64,000 nucleotides of DNA from Eledone cirrhosa (Eukaryota). Position numbers and translations under genes: made by a program. This document shows, one piece after another, positions 28,135-41,880 of this stretch (within the stretch, counting starts at the first letter, position 1; each line of letters opens with the position of its first letter). Location of the stretch: positions 42,594,001 through 42,658,000 of the forward strand of contig OZ024754.1 in NCBI GenBank assembly GCA_964016885.1, read 5' to 3'. The notes under the pieces are model-generated. The model worked only from the letters and a program-made list of their open reading frames with translations. It searched no databases and was not told where the DNA came from.

Positions 28135-29800
28135 GTGTATATCCAGTTTACAATAGGTACACTGTATCCCTGTGTGTATCTGGTTTACAATAGGTACACT
28201 GTATCCCTGTGTGTACCTGGTTTACAATAGGTACACTGTATCCCTGTGTGTACCTGGTTTACAATAGGTACACTGTATCCCTGTGTGTACCTGGTTTACA
28301 ATAGGTACACTGTATCCCTGTGTTAATCAGGTTTACAATAGGTACACTGTATCCCTGTGTTAATCAGGTTTACAATAGGTACACTGTATCCCTGTGTGTA
28401 CCTGGTTTACAATAGGTACACTGTATCCCTGTGTGTATCTGGTTTACAATAGGTACACTGTATCCCTGTGTGTACCTGGTTTACAATAGGTACACTGTAT
28501 CCCTGTGTGTATCTGGTTTACAATAGGTACACTGTATCCCTGTGTTAATCAGGTTTACAATAGGTACACTGTATCCCTGTGTGTACCTGGTTTACAATAG
28601 GTACACTGTATCCCTGTGTGTATCTGGTTTACAATAGGTACACTGTATCCCTGTGTGTATCAGGTTTACAATAGGTACACTGTATCCCTGTGTGTACCTG
28701 GTTTACAATAGGTACACTGTATCCCTGTGTGTACCTGGTTTACAATAGGTACACTGTATCCCTGTGTGTATCTGGTTTACAATAGGTACACTGTATCCCT
28801 GTGTGTATCTGGTTTACAATAGGTACACTGTATCCCTGTGTGTATCAGGTTTACAATAGGTACACTGTATCCCTGTGTGTATCAGGTTTACAATAGGTAC
28901 ACTGTACCCCTGTGTATACCTGGTTTACAATAGGTACACTGTATCCCTGTGTATATCTGGTTTACAATAGGTACAATGTATCCCTGTGTGTATCAGGTTT
29001 ACAATAGGTACACTGTATCCCTGTGTTAATCAGGTTTACAATAGGTACACTGTATCCCTGTGTGTACCTGGTTTACAATAGGTACACTGTATCCCTGTGT
29101 TAATCAGGTTTACAATAGGTACACTGTATCCCTGTGTGTACCTGGTTTACAATAGGTACACTGTATCCCTGTGTGTATCTGGTTTACAATAGGTACACTG
29201 TATCCCTGTGTGTATCAGGTTTACAATAGGTACACTGTATCCCTGTGTTAATCAGGTTTACAATAGGTACACTGTATCCCTGTGTGTACCTGGTTTACAA
29301 TAGGTACACTGTATCCCTGTGTTAATCAGGTTTACAATAGGTACACTGTATCCCTGTGTGTATCTGGTTTACAATAGGTACACTGTATCCCTGTGTGTAC
29401 CTGGTTTACAATAGGTACACTGTATCCCTGTGTGTATCTGGTTTACAATAGGTACACTGTATCCCTGTGTGTATCAGGTTTACAATAGGTACACTGTATC
29501 CCTGTGTGTATCAGGTTTACAATAGGTACACTGTATCCCTGTGTGTATCAGGTTTACAATAGGTACACTGTATCCCTGTGTTAATCAGGTTTACAATAGG
29601 TACACTGCATCCCTCTGTATATCTGGTTTACAATAGGTACACTGTATCCCTGTGTGTACCTGGTTTACAATAGGTACACTGTATCCCTGTGTGTATCTGG
29701 TTTACAATAGGTACACTGTATCCCTGTGTATATCTGGTTTACAATAGTTACACTGTAGCCCTGCGTGTATCTAGTTTACAATAGGTACACTGTATCCCTG
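28135..29800. repeat. 37-bp minisatellite, about 44 copies
   Basis: Unit ggtttacaataggtacactgtatccctgtgtgtatct with a few interspersed variants. Confidence 0.97.
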
Positions 29801-32800
29801 TATCATAAGGTGTGACTAAAAGGAAGGGCATCCAGCTGTAAAACATCTCAAAAAGGATGCCAATTTAAGGATGAACCTGTGATGGAGAGTGGAGCTGTAC
29901 GGAAAATAGCTTTAAAACCCTTGTTACAGTATATATATCCTATCTTCTACACATCAAGTTATTTCATTAGTAAAAACAGGCCTTTACAAAAAAAAAAAAA
30001 AAATAATAATAATGATTTCTAGTATAGGTATAAGGCCAGCAATTTTGGGAGAGGGGAAAGTCAATTAAATCGACCCCAGTGAGTGACTGGTACTTTATTT
30101 TATCAACCTCATAAGGATGAAAGGCAAAGTTAACCTCTGCGGGATTTGTACTCAGACCGTAAAGGTGCGTAACTCTATGCTGCAAAGCATGGTGTCCGAC
30201 CCTCTACCAATACTGCCAATCCACCGCCCTAATAATAATAATAATAATAATAATAATGAATAAAATAATTTTGATTTAAAAATATAATCCAAGGTTAGAT
30301 TTTTGTTTTTATTTGGTTTAAAAGTGAGCAACAACAAAAATGTAATATTTGATTACATAGATGATCGATAATTCTTTTCAATTTTTAAAAACTGAAATAG
30401 GATTATTTCAAATATATTTAATTAGAAGTGATAGATGCAGTAAATTAATAGTTGTTAAAACATCAGAATACTTTATAATATCTATTTCAGCTCTCTCTAT
30501 ACTAACTTCATATCCTGTCAAACTCTACTCAACCCTTTAGCATTTAAACCAGCTGTATCCGGATAGAATTCCCTCACCTCTTTCTATTCAAATTGGCTGT
30601 AACCAGCCGCTCATACTGATATTAAGGTATTGTTCTCAAAACATATAATATCAATATCTCATAGATTTGATATTATGTGAGGTAAAGTATTTACCGTGAA
30701 AACAAGGTTGATAAATATAGTACCAGTCTAATACTGGGGTTGATTCTTCCACTATCTCTCTTTCTCATTTCCTTTGTCCCTCATTCATGGAAGAAATTAG
30801 CTGTGTTCAAAAGGATTAGCTCTGCAGGGTTTAAATGCCCAAGACATACTGTATGTCACAGTGGGACCCCTCAGGATTTAAGGAGCTATGGCATGGTATG
30901 ATGCATGATACATATACAACTATGCCACAAACTATGTTATCCAATGCTCTACAGATACTGCCAATCCACTGCCCTCGATAGCTAATATAAAATAATAGTT
31001 CATTTAACTCTTTCATTACCATATTTCTAATGAAAACCAGTGTCTATGTCTTTAACCCTTTCATTACCATATTTCTAATGAAAGACACAGTCTATGTCCT
31101 TAACCCTTTCATTACCATATCTCTAATGAAAGATAGTCTATGTCCTTAACCCTTTCATTACCATATCTCTAATGAAAGATAGTCTATGTCCTTAACCCTT
31201 TCATTACCATATTTCTAATGAAAACCACTGCTTATGATTTTCAAATAATTTTGAAAATAATCAAGAATTTGGAGGGATTTAATAATATAACTAACTTTCT
31301 CATTATCAACGCTTTCATTACCACATTTCTAATGAAAACCACCACAAAGAATTTAGATATAACTTTCTCATTATCAAGCTAGTGTTTAGAGCATAAATTA
31401 ACAAAGGTTCTTACATAAAATTATAATGGAAGGTTTTTTTTTTTTTAGATAAATATAAACACTTTAACCCTTTAGCATTTAAACCGGCCGTATTCGGCCA
31501 GAATTCTGTTCAAACTGGCTGTGACCAGCCACGCATACTGATATTAAGGTATTATTCTCAAAATAAATAATATCAACATCTCATAGATTTGATACTATGT
31601 GAGATAATTATGTAAATACAATAGTATATATATGTGAAAATACAATAGTAAATATAGAATAATGAAAATGCTAAAGGGTTAAAATAAACATCTAAGTGTC
31701 ATTGTTTTAGGGATGGTTTCAGGCAGTTTCGTATCAAAAGGGTTAAGATGATAGTCTGTAGAAAACAATATTCGTTTGTAATCTTTAAAAATCTTCTCCT
31801 TTGATCTGATTATTAACATTAAACTTTGGTCACATTTACTAAACAATCACAAATACCCAGCCTTCTTTTTGACCCAATATACTAAATTTATATTCATACT
31901 AACACATATCTTGCTCTTAGTCTTTTCTTTTCTTGATTTATTCTTTATATGATTTCAGTCATTAGACTGTGGCCATGCTGGAGCACCGTCTACAGGGGAT
32001 TTAGTTGATAATATTTACCCCACAATACTTATTTTATTGATATCTATTAGCTGAACTGCTAGGTGGCAGGACATAAACAAATGCAGGCAGAAACACATTC
32101 ACACACACACACATCATTTTACATCTGTTTATCATGCTGGCACAACTAGATGCGTATGATAATAATTGTTTCTACTTTTGGCACAAGGCCAGCAATTACC
32201 CCCAGTGCATTACTGGTGCATTATTTTATCGACCCCGTAAGGATGAAAGGCAAAGTTAACCTCGGCGGGATTTGAACTCAGGAAGTAAAGGGCCATGACT
32301 ATGCTGCAAAGCATTTTGTCTGACGCTCTACCGAGTCGGATAATAATGTTTTGCTTATACATTCGAAAGAGAGAGAAGAAGCAGAAGGAAGAATCGACCA
32401 AGTACTGGAGTGGTGCTTTGTTTATCCTCCTCAAAAGTACGAAAGGCAGGGTTGACCGTGGCATGATTTGAACTCGGAGCAGAGAGAGCCAAAATAAATA
32501 CAGATGTATTTAATCCAATGCCCTAACGACTCTGACAATCCACTGCTTTATATATGGTCCCTTAACCCCTGGCGGAGTCGTAGGAGGCGCTGTAGTAACA
32601 TAAAGCATTTCTTGGACATTTTTAACCGGCCATATCTGGTCAGAATTCTCTCACCTCAAACTGGCTGTAACTTGCTACTCATACTGATATTAAGGTATTG
32701 TTCTCAAAATCTCAGATTTGATATTATGTGAGGTAAAGCCTTTACTATGAAAATATAATAGTAATGTAAATATTAAAAGGGTTAAACCTGGTGGAGCCCA

Positions 32801-33443
32801 TCTCCTCTCCAGGTTCTATATGAATTATGACAGTCGATCGACTTTCGTCAAATGTTTCCGTTGGCCTTTCCAACTCCAGGTAGAAGGAGCAACATGTCTT
32901 GCACATAACGCATCGCCCGGTCCAGGAATCGAACTCACAAACTCACGATTGCGAATCCAATTCTCTAACCCCTCAGCCACGCACCTATTAGTTCAAAATG
33001 ACTAAATATATACATTCTTATATACAATTAATTAATATATACTTCTTACATACAATTAATTAATATATACTTCTTACATACAATTAATTCATTTAGTCTA
33101 TCACTCATAATTTCATTATAACAAGAATAGTTGGCAATTGTCATTTTCTTGGGGAATTTCTCTTAAGCAACCTTTACTTCATGTTTAGAAATAGGGAGAG
33201 AAAATGGAATTTTTGAAAAAAAATGGAATCAAATTTCCATAAGATGACAACTAAATCATCATCATCATCATCAATGATAACACTGATTAATATCGACTCA
33301 TTTGTTTGGTATTCAGAAGTCGTTCCCACCCCACACCTCAATATCAGATAATACGTTACATCAAAAAGCAAATTATTTACTTTCGCTGATACATTAATGA
33401 ACTAAAACTCGAGGTGTGTGTATGTGTGAGTGTGTGCGCGCAC

Positions 33444-33493
<50 letters not shown>

Positions 33494-34211
33494 GTGTATT
33501 GGACCTCCGTCGCTTCCGACGACTATTCCAGTTGGACAGGGAAAACATTTGGTTTTTTTTGGTTTTTTTACCCTGCGATACTTGGTTACAATTAAAAAAG
33601 GGAGTTGACTAAAAAGGGGATTATTATAACCAGTGATTGTAACAGAAAGAAATTCCGAAACCTATACTTCGGCTACGTGACAATATTAAGGAGTTCTGAC
33701 ATAGGAGGTACAAGGGCAGCACAAGGCGCAAGTGGGGTAGCCGAGTGATTCGACCCCTGTACTAGACTGGAATATTATTTTATCGACCCTCAAAGGATGG
33801 AGGGCGAAAATAAACCTCAGTAGAGGGTCGGAACAAATACTGCAAAGCACTAGTCCGCTGTTCTAACGAACCAGCCAAATAATTGTGGCATGGGTCGTAA
33901 AGAATATCTTAATATCTCGACAGACCGAGTATGTGAACCGATTTGTATTTCAATGTTAAAACAATTCACTTGGTTTCCACTGTAAGACAGTCTTGAAAAG
34001 GAATACAAATGTACGAACGTCATACAATCTCATTTTTACAACTTACAAGGATGTTTATATGAAACGATATTCCGTAAAGCACCTGTAACTTAATTAAGAA
34101 ACACACACACACATATATATATATATACTTTTCCCATCTTGACGTTATAGTCGCATATATGTTATAGAATGCCGTTAGCTTCTTGCTAAAACAATCTCTA
34201 TACCTCTCATT

Positions 34212-34242
<31 letters not shown>

Positions 34243-34347
34243 AGTGCCGAGTGATGTAGAAGCAAGTTAGCGGCAAACTTTACAAGGATGTTTATATACA
34301 ACGAAATTTAGTAAACCGCCCAGTAACTTAATTAAGAAACATATGTG

Positions 34348-34385
<38 letters not shown>

Positions 34386-34679
34386 GAGCGGGGGGGGGGG
34401 TCCCTAAAATGTATACACACTTCGACAGCATCCTAATAAATATTGCCTCTACAGTAATCAAAGTATGTATACATTTTTGGGGGACATCCTATATATAATA
34501 TATATATATATTATATTATAATGTTTAATATAGAAATGGCTTCTACATCGTTCGAAGGAAATCATTAGGAAAGCGCTTTCCTGGTGATTTCCTGTAGAAG
34601 GCATTTCTATATTAAACATTGTATATACACTATACTATATATTGAGTACCCTGTGGTTAGCCTCGATTGAACTCGGGTT

Positions 34680-34743
<64 letters not shown>

Positions 34744-35361
34744 GTGCCGTGTGATGTAGAAGCTATCGGCAAACTGAGTTTTCCTGCCAGCTGTCCTTGA
34801 GAAAACATGTAAGCCTGTTATCAACTTATTTTTTTTAAACAAGGAAAAAGAAGAATTTCCCACAGAACGGGAGAGTTTTTCTGTAAATTTAACACTTATT
34901 TTTACCCTCTTTATAAATTGAAAGGTCTGAACATCTATATAAAAAAATAAAAATCAATATATGTACAATATTTAGTGTGTCAAAATATCGCTGAATGTGT
35001 CTCGATATCTTTAATTGTTAAAAAAAAAAATCATCTTAGTTATAATTGATAATCCCAATAAAACAAGAAGAAAAAACCCCCCAAAATATGAATAAAGTAG
35101 TTTATTTTAAAAGTTGGCTACAGGAGAAGGGTTTAATTCCTTTCTCGAAATAGTCTCCATAATATTGATAATAGCATTGAAAATGAAGAATCGATAAGTT
35201 TAGAAAATGAGAAAGAGGTTAAATAAAATGAATAATTGAAGAGAATTATTTGAATGGTTATTTCGTGTAGCAACATTAGAGTTAAGGGAAACAGAAGGGT
35301 CCTTTTAGGGTTTCAATAATCCACAAAAACAAACAGAGGGCAAATAAAACGATAGCGATGA

Positions 35362-35411
<50 letters not shown>

Positions 35412-35418
35412 AACTTAC

Positions 35419-35672
35419 CCTCCTAGCGCATCCTGATACTCCTCATCTCCGCTACTCCCCACCGGGGAATAATTCCTCTTCACAGCATTAACTTCTTTCA
35501 AACTATCGACTTGGTATTTCAATTCATCGATCTTTATGAGCAAGTTTTCCAAAACTCCAAAAACATGCCTATCGTGTGTGTATTTCATGAACAGGATAGA
35601 TCCTCCGGCACCGAGGATGAATCCTACTCCAAGAGCAAGGAAAGTAGCAGAGGAGGCTTTGAACAGCATCAT
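35419..35672 (-). CDS. RMDN3: RMDN2/3-like (regulator of microtubule dynamics, PTPIP51 type), coding exon 1: TM anchor, coiled coil, FFAT-like motif
   Basis: ATG at 35672; reads MMLFKASSATFLALGVGFILGAGGSILFMKY...LENLLIKIDELKYQVDSLKE...SSGDEEYQDALG; ends GG|GTAAGT (phase 2), matching the phase of the exon starting at 7057. The symbol is nominal: an invertebrate gene is likely co-orthologous to RMDN2 and RMDN3. Confidence 0.88.
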
Positions 35673-35752
35673 CTCCGCTCCGACCAGCAATGGTAAAAGG
35701 TGGTAAGGGCACCAGTGGTACGATGTCTACTGCTGTCAAATGGAGTAGCCAT
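35669..35752 (-). promoter_or_regulatory. Upstream ORF (27 aa) whose stop overlaps the RMDN start codons
   Basis: atcATGG start at 35752; MATPFDSSRHRTTGALTTFYHCWSERR then TGA inside ATGATG. Confidence 0.55.
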
Positions 35753-36681
35753 GATCGACAGTCCTAAGGCACTCTTCATATAACGCATTGTCTCAACAAA
35801 TCACGCCCCTCCACTCAGCCACAACATTTTTACTGCTGCTGATCTCACAATCTCTACACTTTCTATCGTTGTCACTCTAATCGTAAAATTGACAATAGCA
35901 AACCTTTATCTCATTGCCATTTAATGGACGTGATATATATCTCGAAATCAGTTTTAATCTACATCATACTCCATGTTTATTTCTCGGACTAAATGTTTAT
36001 CTCTTTTAGTAAAAGATCGTCGTGGATACCTCTTTTTAGCAAAGAGTTCTTCCTTTGAATTTCTAAGAAATTTAAGTATGGTAAACCAAACGTATTATAG
36101 TTTATTTTAAATGGGGGAAAACCATGATGAAAAGCTTAAAACCTTCTCCTGAAAATTTCAAAGAAAATAATAGATATAGATATCCATTTATATGTAAAGC
36201 TTACATATATGAACAAACTTGCTTTCTAGCAAATGTGAACTACCGTGTTTACTATAACTTATTTACGAGAATGATTTGGGGGAAAATTATACAAAGATAC
36301 TTTCTACACCCAAAACAAATACTTATGACATGCTGACATATTTAGTATAATGAGCCAAAAATATTCCACTTCACTAAAAGTATACTTATAATTAACTGAA
36401 CAGACAATATTTTATTACTTCTAGTCAAGAAAGACAAGGGAGGCAAGTCCGACATTTCAATTAATTTAAAATTTAATGTAGATAAAAAGTTGGGAGTGAA
36501 TCTAGTCTTTGGCAAGTATGGTTTGGTTTTATTAGATTTCACCAACATTTTCCCTCTTGTAGCTTCAAACAATTAAGACCACTGTCCATTAATATGCCAC
36601 ACAACACTCTACATTCCTATTGTGAAAGACAGCATTACTGACTGACTAAGAAGTTTGGATAAGTAATGGAAGTAATGAAAT

Positions 36682-37200
36682 TGTGTACAGTGCTCAGGTG
36701 CACTACAACTCATCAAAGGTGCATGTATAGTACATAGAATAATTGTTTCTACTTTTGGCACAAGGTCAGCAATTATCCCAGTGCATTACTAGTGCTTCAT
36801 TTTATCGACCCCGCCAGGATGAAAGGTAAAGTTAACCTCGGCGGGATTTGAACTCAGAACTTAAAGGGCCATAACTCTATGCTGCAAAGCATGGTGTCTG
36901 ACGCTCTACCGATATTGCCAATCCACCGCCCTGTACAAAAGTCAGGAAAGTGAACAGTGTATGAGTCATGATACATACACACAGACATGTGTGTGTGTGG
37001 AGGGGGAATATTAGATGTAGTTTTGGCGAATTTCAGGAAGCATGGAAGTTTTGAAGGATGCATGTCCCAACAGCTAACAACTGATGCAGGTAGTTTGTTC
37101 CATGCTTCAGCAACTCTGAGTGTGAAAACATGTTTCTGAAAGTCATGGGAGCTGTACTGTTTTCTGATTTTGAAAGCATGTCCACAGGTGTTAGACATAT
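36682..37200 (-). mobile_element. CR1-like LINE 3' end interrupted by a SINE (about 36742-36931)
   Basis: GHAFKIRKQYSSHDFQKHVFTLRVAEAWNKLP; colinear with the 60112 copy on both sides of the SINE. Confidence 0.8.
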
Positions 37201-39719
37201 GTGTAAGTGGCATTTACCATAACCCTTTGGTTTACTTGTGCCTTTTGACTGTGTTAGACCACAGATAGATATGTTAGACGAGAAATAGATATGATAGACC
37301 AGAGATAGATGTGTTAGACCAGTGATAAATATGTTAGACTATGTTAGACTGTGTTAGTCCAGAGATATGTTGGACTGTGTTAGACTAGAGAGAGATATGT
37401 TAGACCAGAGATAAATATGTTAGACCAGAGATAAAGAATTTATAATCTTCAATCCACATGAAGCCTGCAAGATTTGTTTGTGCAACCCAGGGCTGGATTA
37501 ACGTTTAAGTCAAATAAGCACATAGATTGCAGACGATCAGAGTTTCAGTAATCTTTCAATAAAATTTATGAAATTCAATTTAATCGGTTACTTTTTTGTG
37601 TGAGTGGATAATAATTGTATTTTTGTGTGACAAAAGATTAATATTTAATAAATTCAGGGTTTTTTTTTTCAAATGAGGCTCACTGTATTCCATGTAGTTT
37701 TGAGGGAGAAAAGTTTGCCTACCCTTGCATTAGACAGTCATAAAATCTGTCCCTGTTATGGTATACACCCTCACTGTGAACACAAATAATATTTTCCCAA
37801 TTTAACAAATCGTTACCGAGTTATACTTAAAACAACATTTACTGTAGTTTTTAATAAACCAGATATAATTATTTAAATATTCTAAAAACATCTTCAACTT
37901 TTTCTTTATACAATATTATCTAAATTAGCTGATTCTGTTTTGGTTTCAAAAAATCACCATCTTATTAATAAAGCTCAATAAATTATTGGTACTAACGATT
38001 AGTGTCTTATTAATAAAGCTGAGATAAAATATTTGTTTTAGGTATTCTTTGCCTAACGGTGAGAAATCCCACTTTAGTATAATGGGTAAGTTTAATTTAG
38101 TTATAACCTTTGATGTTTGTTGATAATTATCTCCCTTGGATTTTTGGCTTCGCACGAGAAATTTATTTATTGTTAATCGGCTTCCCGCTCCGAAAATTGC
38201 TGGCCATGTGCCTAAATTAGAAAATATTGTTGAATAACACTTATTAGTCAAGTGATGATCGTGAGGGTGTTTGGTTAGTTCCTCGCCTTAGTTTCACTAT
38301 CACCCATAGCAATTCTATGTCTTGGCATGTCTGTAAAATATTTAGAGACGAACACCAACATTCCCTGTTATAACATAAATTAAGTGTGCTATTTTTTTCT
38401 CTGGTTAATTTCTATTCATTCCAATCCCCCTAATGTAAGACTGAAATTCTAGATCCTATCATAAGCTCAAAGCCAATCCTTCTTTTCCTGCTTGCTTCCC
38501 ACTGGAACTCATTCTCTACATTCAGCTATAATTTAGTGTGTGATGAGTGGACTGGAGCAGTTTGAAATAAAGTGTCTTGTCTAAGGACATGATACCTTGC
38601 TGGAAATCAAATTCATGACCTTATGGTTAGGACTAGTCAGAAGCAGCAGGGGACAACTGTCAATGTACATTTCAGGCTTTGGCCATCTGCTTCTGCTGGA
38701 ATCCACTAGATAGCGCTAGATGTCATCAGCCTTTTAATATTCATAGCTGGAGAGCTTTTCAAAATGTTTATTTATTAAAGATTATTTAGTTCATATTCCT
38801 GCATAGGAGTAAATAATAAAGGCGATAGCAAGCTACTATAAGATAAGGAGACAAACAAAAGTAGAAGGGTTCCAAATAGTATAGGGATAAATAGCAAACT
38901 ACCACAAGCCAAGGGGATAATAGCAGTATCGATAGAGAGTCAGACGCTATGCTTTGTAGGTCAACTCCAGGTAGAAATTGGACCAACTATGATGAAAGCT
39001 TTCCAGGCCACCATCATCATTATCATCCTCATCACCATAATCATCATCATCATCATCATCATCATCACAAGCTAGCAGGCCAACCTATGATGAAAGCTTT
39101 TCAGACCACCCATCATCATCATAATCATCATCACAAGACAGCAGTAATTCGACCAACCAATGATGAAAGTTTTCCAGTTCAGACCATCCATCATCATCAT
39201 CATCATTGCCGTTTAATGTGCATTTTCCCCATGCTAGCATGGATTAGATGAGTTGTCCTGTTGTGAGAAATTCCAGGTCAGGTGACCTTGTCTTCATTAT
39301 ACAAAGCTGATTTTGTTTTGTTTTGTATTATTTTGTTTTGTAAATCTCAACTGCATTGTTATTGTTCAACTATATTCTTCAATTCCATTATATGTTGCCA
39401 TAGAAACATCCTTTAACACATCTGTAGAAAGAATCACCAAAAATAATAAAAGACTTCTTAGGGTACAGGGAATTGTTAGACTTATGTCAGTTCCTCTAAG
39501 TGTTTCAGTTTATTGATCAATGGAACAGCCTCCTTGTGAATTTAACGTCTCATACAAATAACATATTTTCATTGCAATAATAAAATCTCTCTTGTGACGC
39601 TAAACTCCACCAGTTGCAGACTGCGCATTAACATGTGATATCTCTCTCCACAAAGTTCAATCACCAACAGCAGAGTTCAAAGAGCAAAGTTCAAGTCCAG
39701 TCCATGAATTGACATTATC

Positions 39720-40110
39720 AAGCCATCGTTTTGCCTGCTGGCCTCTGCTTCTCTTACCAGCCAACCTTCCTTCCAGCAATATATAATACCTTTCGATCAC
39801 CAGCAGCAGAGTTCAAAGAGCAAAGATCAAGACCAGTCCATAAGTTGACATTATCAAGCTATCTATCGTTTTGGCTGCTGGCCTCTGCTTCTCTTTCCAG
39901 CCAACCTTCCTTCCAAGAATAACCTACTTACATCATGAATTGATCTTTTTATATGACCGTATAGTTTGAGTACACTTGACTTCACAATTGATGTAATTGG
40001 TCTAAGTTTAGTAATATTGAGCATCTCACTGATACAGATATGGTCGCTGAGCCGCTTGTCAGTCATAAGTCTCATGGTGTGGTTCTGGAATGTAGAGAGC
40101 TTTTGAAGTG
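39720..40110 (-). mobile_element. Degraded RTE-like LINE fragment with an internal duplication
   Basis: LKLYGHIKR...LFLEGRLAGKRSRGQQPKR motif; the segment near 39660-39780 is repeated near 39800-39915. Confidence 0.6.
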
Positions 40111-41175
40111 ACCTTGTTGTCCAATAATAAAATACAATTTTAAAAAAAATAAGATAAAAACATTTGAATCAATTTAAAAACTGCTGTACAATTTGTTAAA
40201 TATTCTTTTAGGAATATTGTTTTAATATATATTGTTTAGGTCAAAATCTATGCCTATGTCATCATTTTTTGTTATCAACGGTCTGAAACTATCCTGGTTT
40301 TATGATACAAATCTGCCCAATTTAAAATCTTTATGTTTATATTAAAGCCCAGCATAATAGTTTTATTTAAGAAAATTTTATTAAGTAATGCTTCAAACAT
40401 TAGCCATAACTCTGGACATGTTTCAATCTTGTTTGACCTCCTCAGTGAAGCCTAATCTACTCAATGACTGCCAAAATTGCAGAAGAACACCTAATAGACA
40501 TAGTTTGATTTGTTTATATATATAAGGGATATTCACTGATTAGGAAAATTAAAATAATGATATTAGAATATTTTCCAAGACTGGCATTAGCACAAAGAAA
40601 ATATATTTAAGTGCAAGCTACCATATTTGATGTGGTGAGCTATAAATAATTTTTAATCAGCTGAAATTATAACCCAAATTTTAAAATAACAATAATAATA
40701 ATAATGATGGATTCTACAATAGGCACAAGGCCAGCACTTTGGGGAGAGGGGGAAGTCAGTTAAATGGATCCCAGTGCATTACTGGTGCTTTATTTTATCG
40801 ACCCCATAAGGATGAAATTAGCGTTAATGAAAATATATTCTCTGAAGAGATAAAATAAAGGTCTCTCAACATTTCAATCAACTAAAAATTAAATAGCAAT
40901 ATACAAGGTGGAGAGAGTGATCCTGCTGTTTGGCGGCCGTGGTGACAACTTTGAACATGTTTCGGTAGTATTGGCTCTCCTTAGCGAAACATAATCCACA
41001 TTGTAATTTATTTAGTTTTTTTCCCTATACGCAATTGCTTCCGTAAAAATTTACTTCGTATATGTGCTTCCGTAGGTTCCAGAACGTTGTCAAGCAAGGT
41101 TGATAAATATCGTAAATCTATCAGTAGAATAGTTTATATGAACGGCTGATATCAGGAATAATTATTATATACAGG

Positions 41176-41211
41176 ATGCCGTATGTACTCGTAAGCACCC
41201 AGATCAGATTG
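41176..41211 (+). CDS. GCHFR: GTP cyclohydrolase I feedback regulatory protein, exon 1 (MPYVLVSTQIRL)
   Basis: aggATGCCG start; near-identical to the GFRP N-terminus MPYLLISTQIRM; TTG|GTAAGT donor, phase 0. Confidence 0.95.
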
Positions 41212-41833
41212 GTAAGTTGGACAGATCTCTTTTTTAAAATTAAAAGATATCAGGGAATATAGTTAGTTGTATTATTTATTTAAAACAACAGTGACAGCAG
41301 CTGTAAATGAAAGCAACATGTATTACTAAAAAAAATAACAAATCCACTATTTACGCTCGAACTATTTAATAATTAATCTGTGCCCTCTTGTAGTTAAACA
41401 TTGTCTGAACATTGCTAGAGGGTGACACACTCTGGTGTCAGGTTTTCCTAAATCAATTGCCCTTTGACCCACTACCAAAACTCAATTTGTTTCAAACGAG
41501 ATGTGGTCCTGGTAGAGAGAAAAGCAGGAGAAGGCGGGGTTGTAATTAATAATTATAAAGATTTATTATCTAATTACTCGCAGACTTCCAGTTTGTGGAT
41601 TGTAAACAAATGACCATTTCCTTCAGCGAATCTTTCCTTTCTTGTTAACAAGAATGCTCAGTCCTTCATTTTAAATATTTATCATCTTACAGAAATATTT
41701 CTATCTTTAAGGATTTTTTCTGTCTGTCTATTTGTTTATTTTTTCTACTGGGTTAAAATTCCGTCTATTTGGGACAGCATGTTCTTGTTCCACATCAAAA
41801 CAGTGATTGAAACACATTAGAATCAATACTCCA

Positions 41834-41880
<47 letters not shown>

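Noticed and set aside
28135-29800. CRISPR-like 37-bp periodic array
   Set aside because: Head-to-tail repeats with no unique spacers, no cas genes, eukaryotic context.
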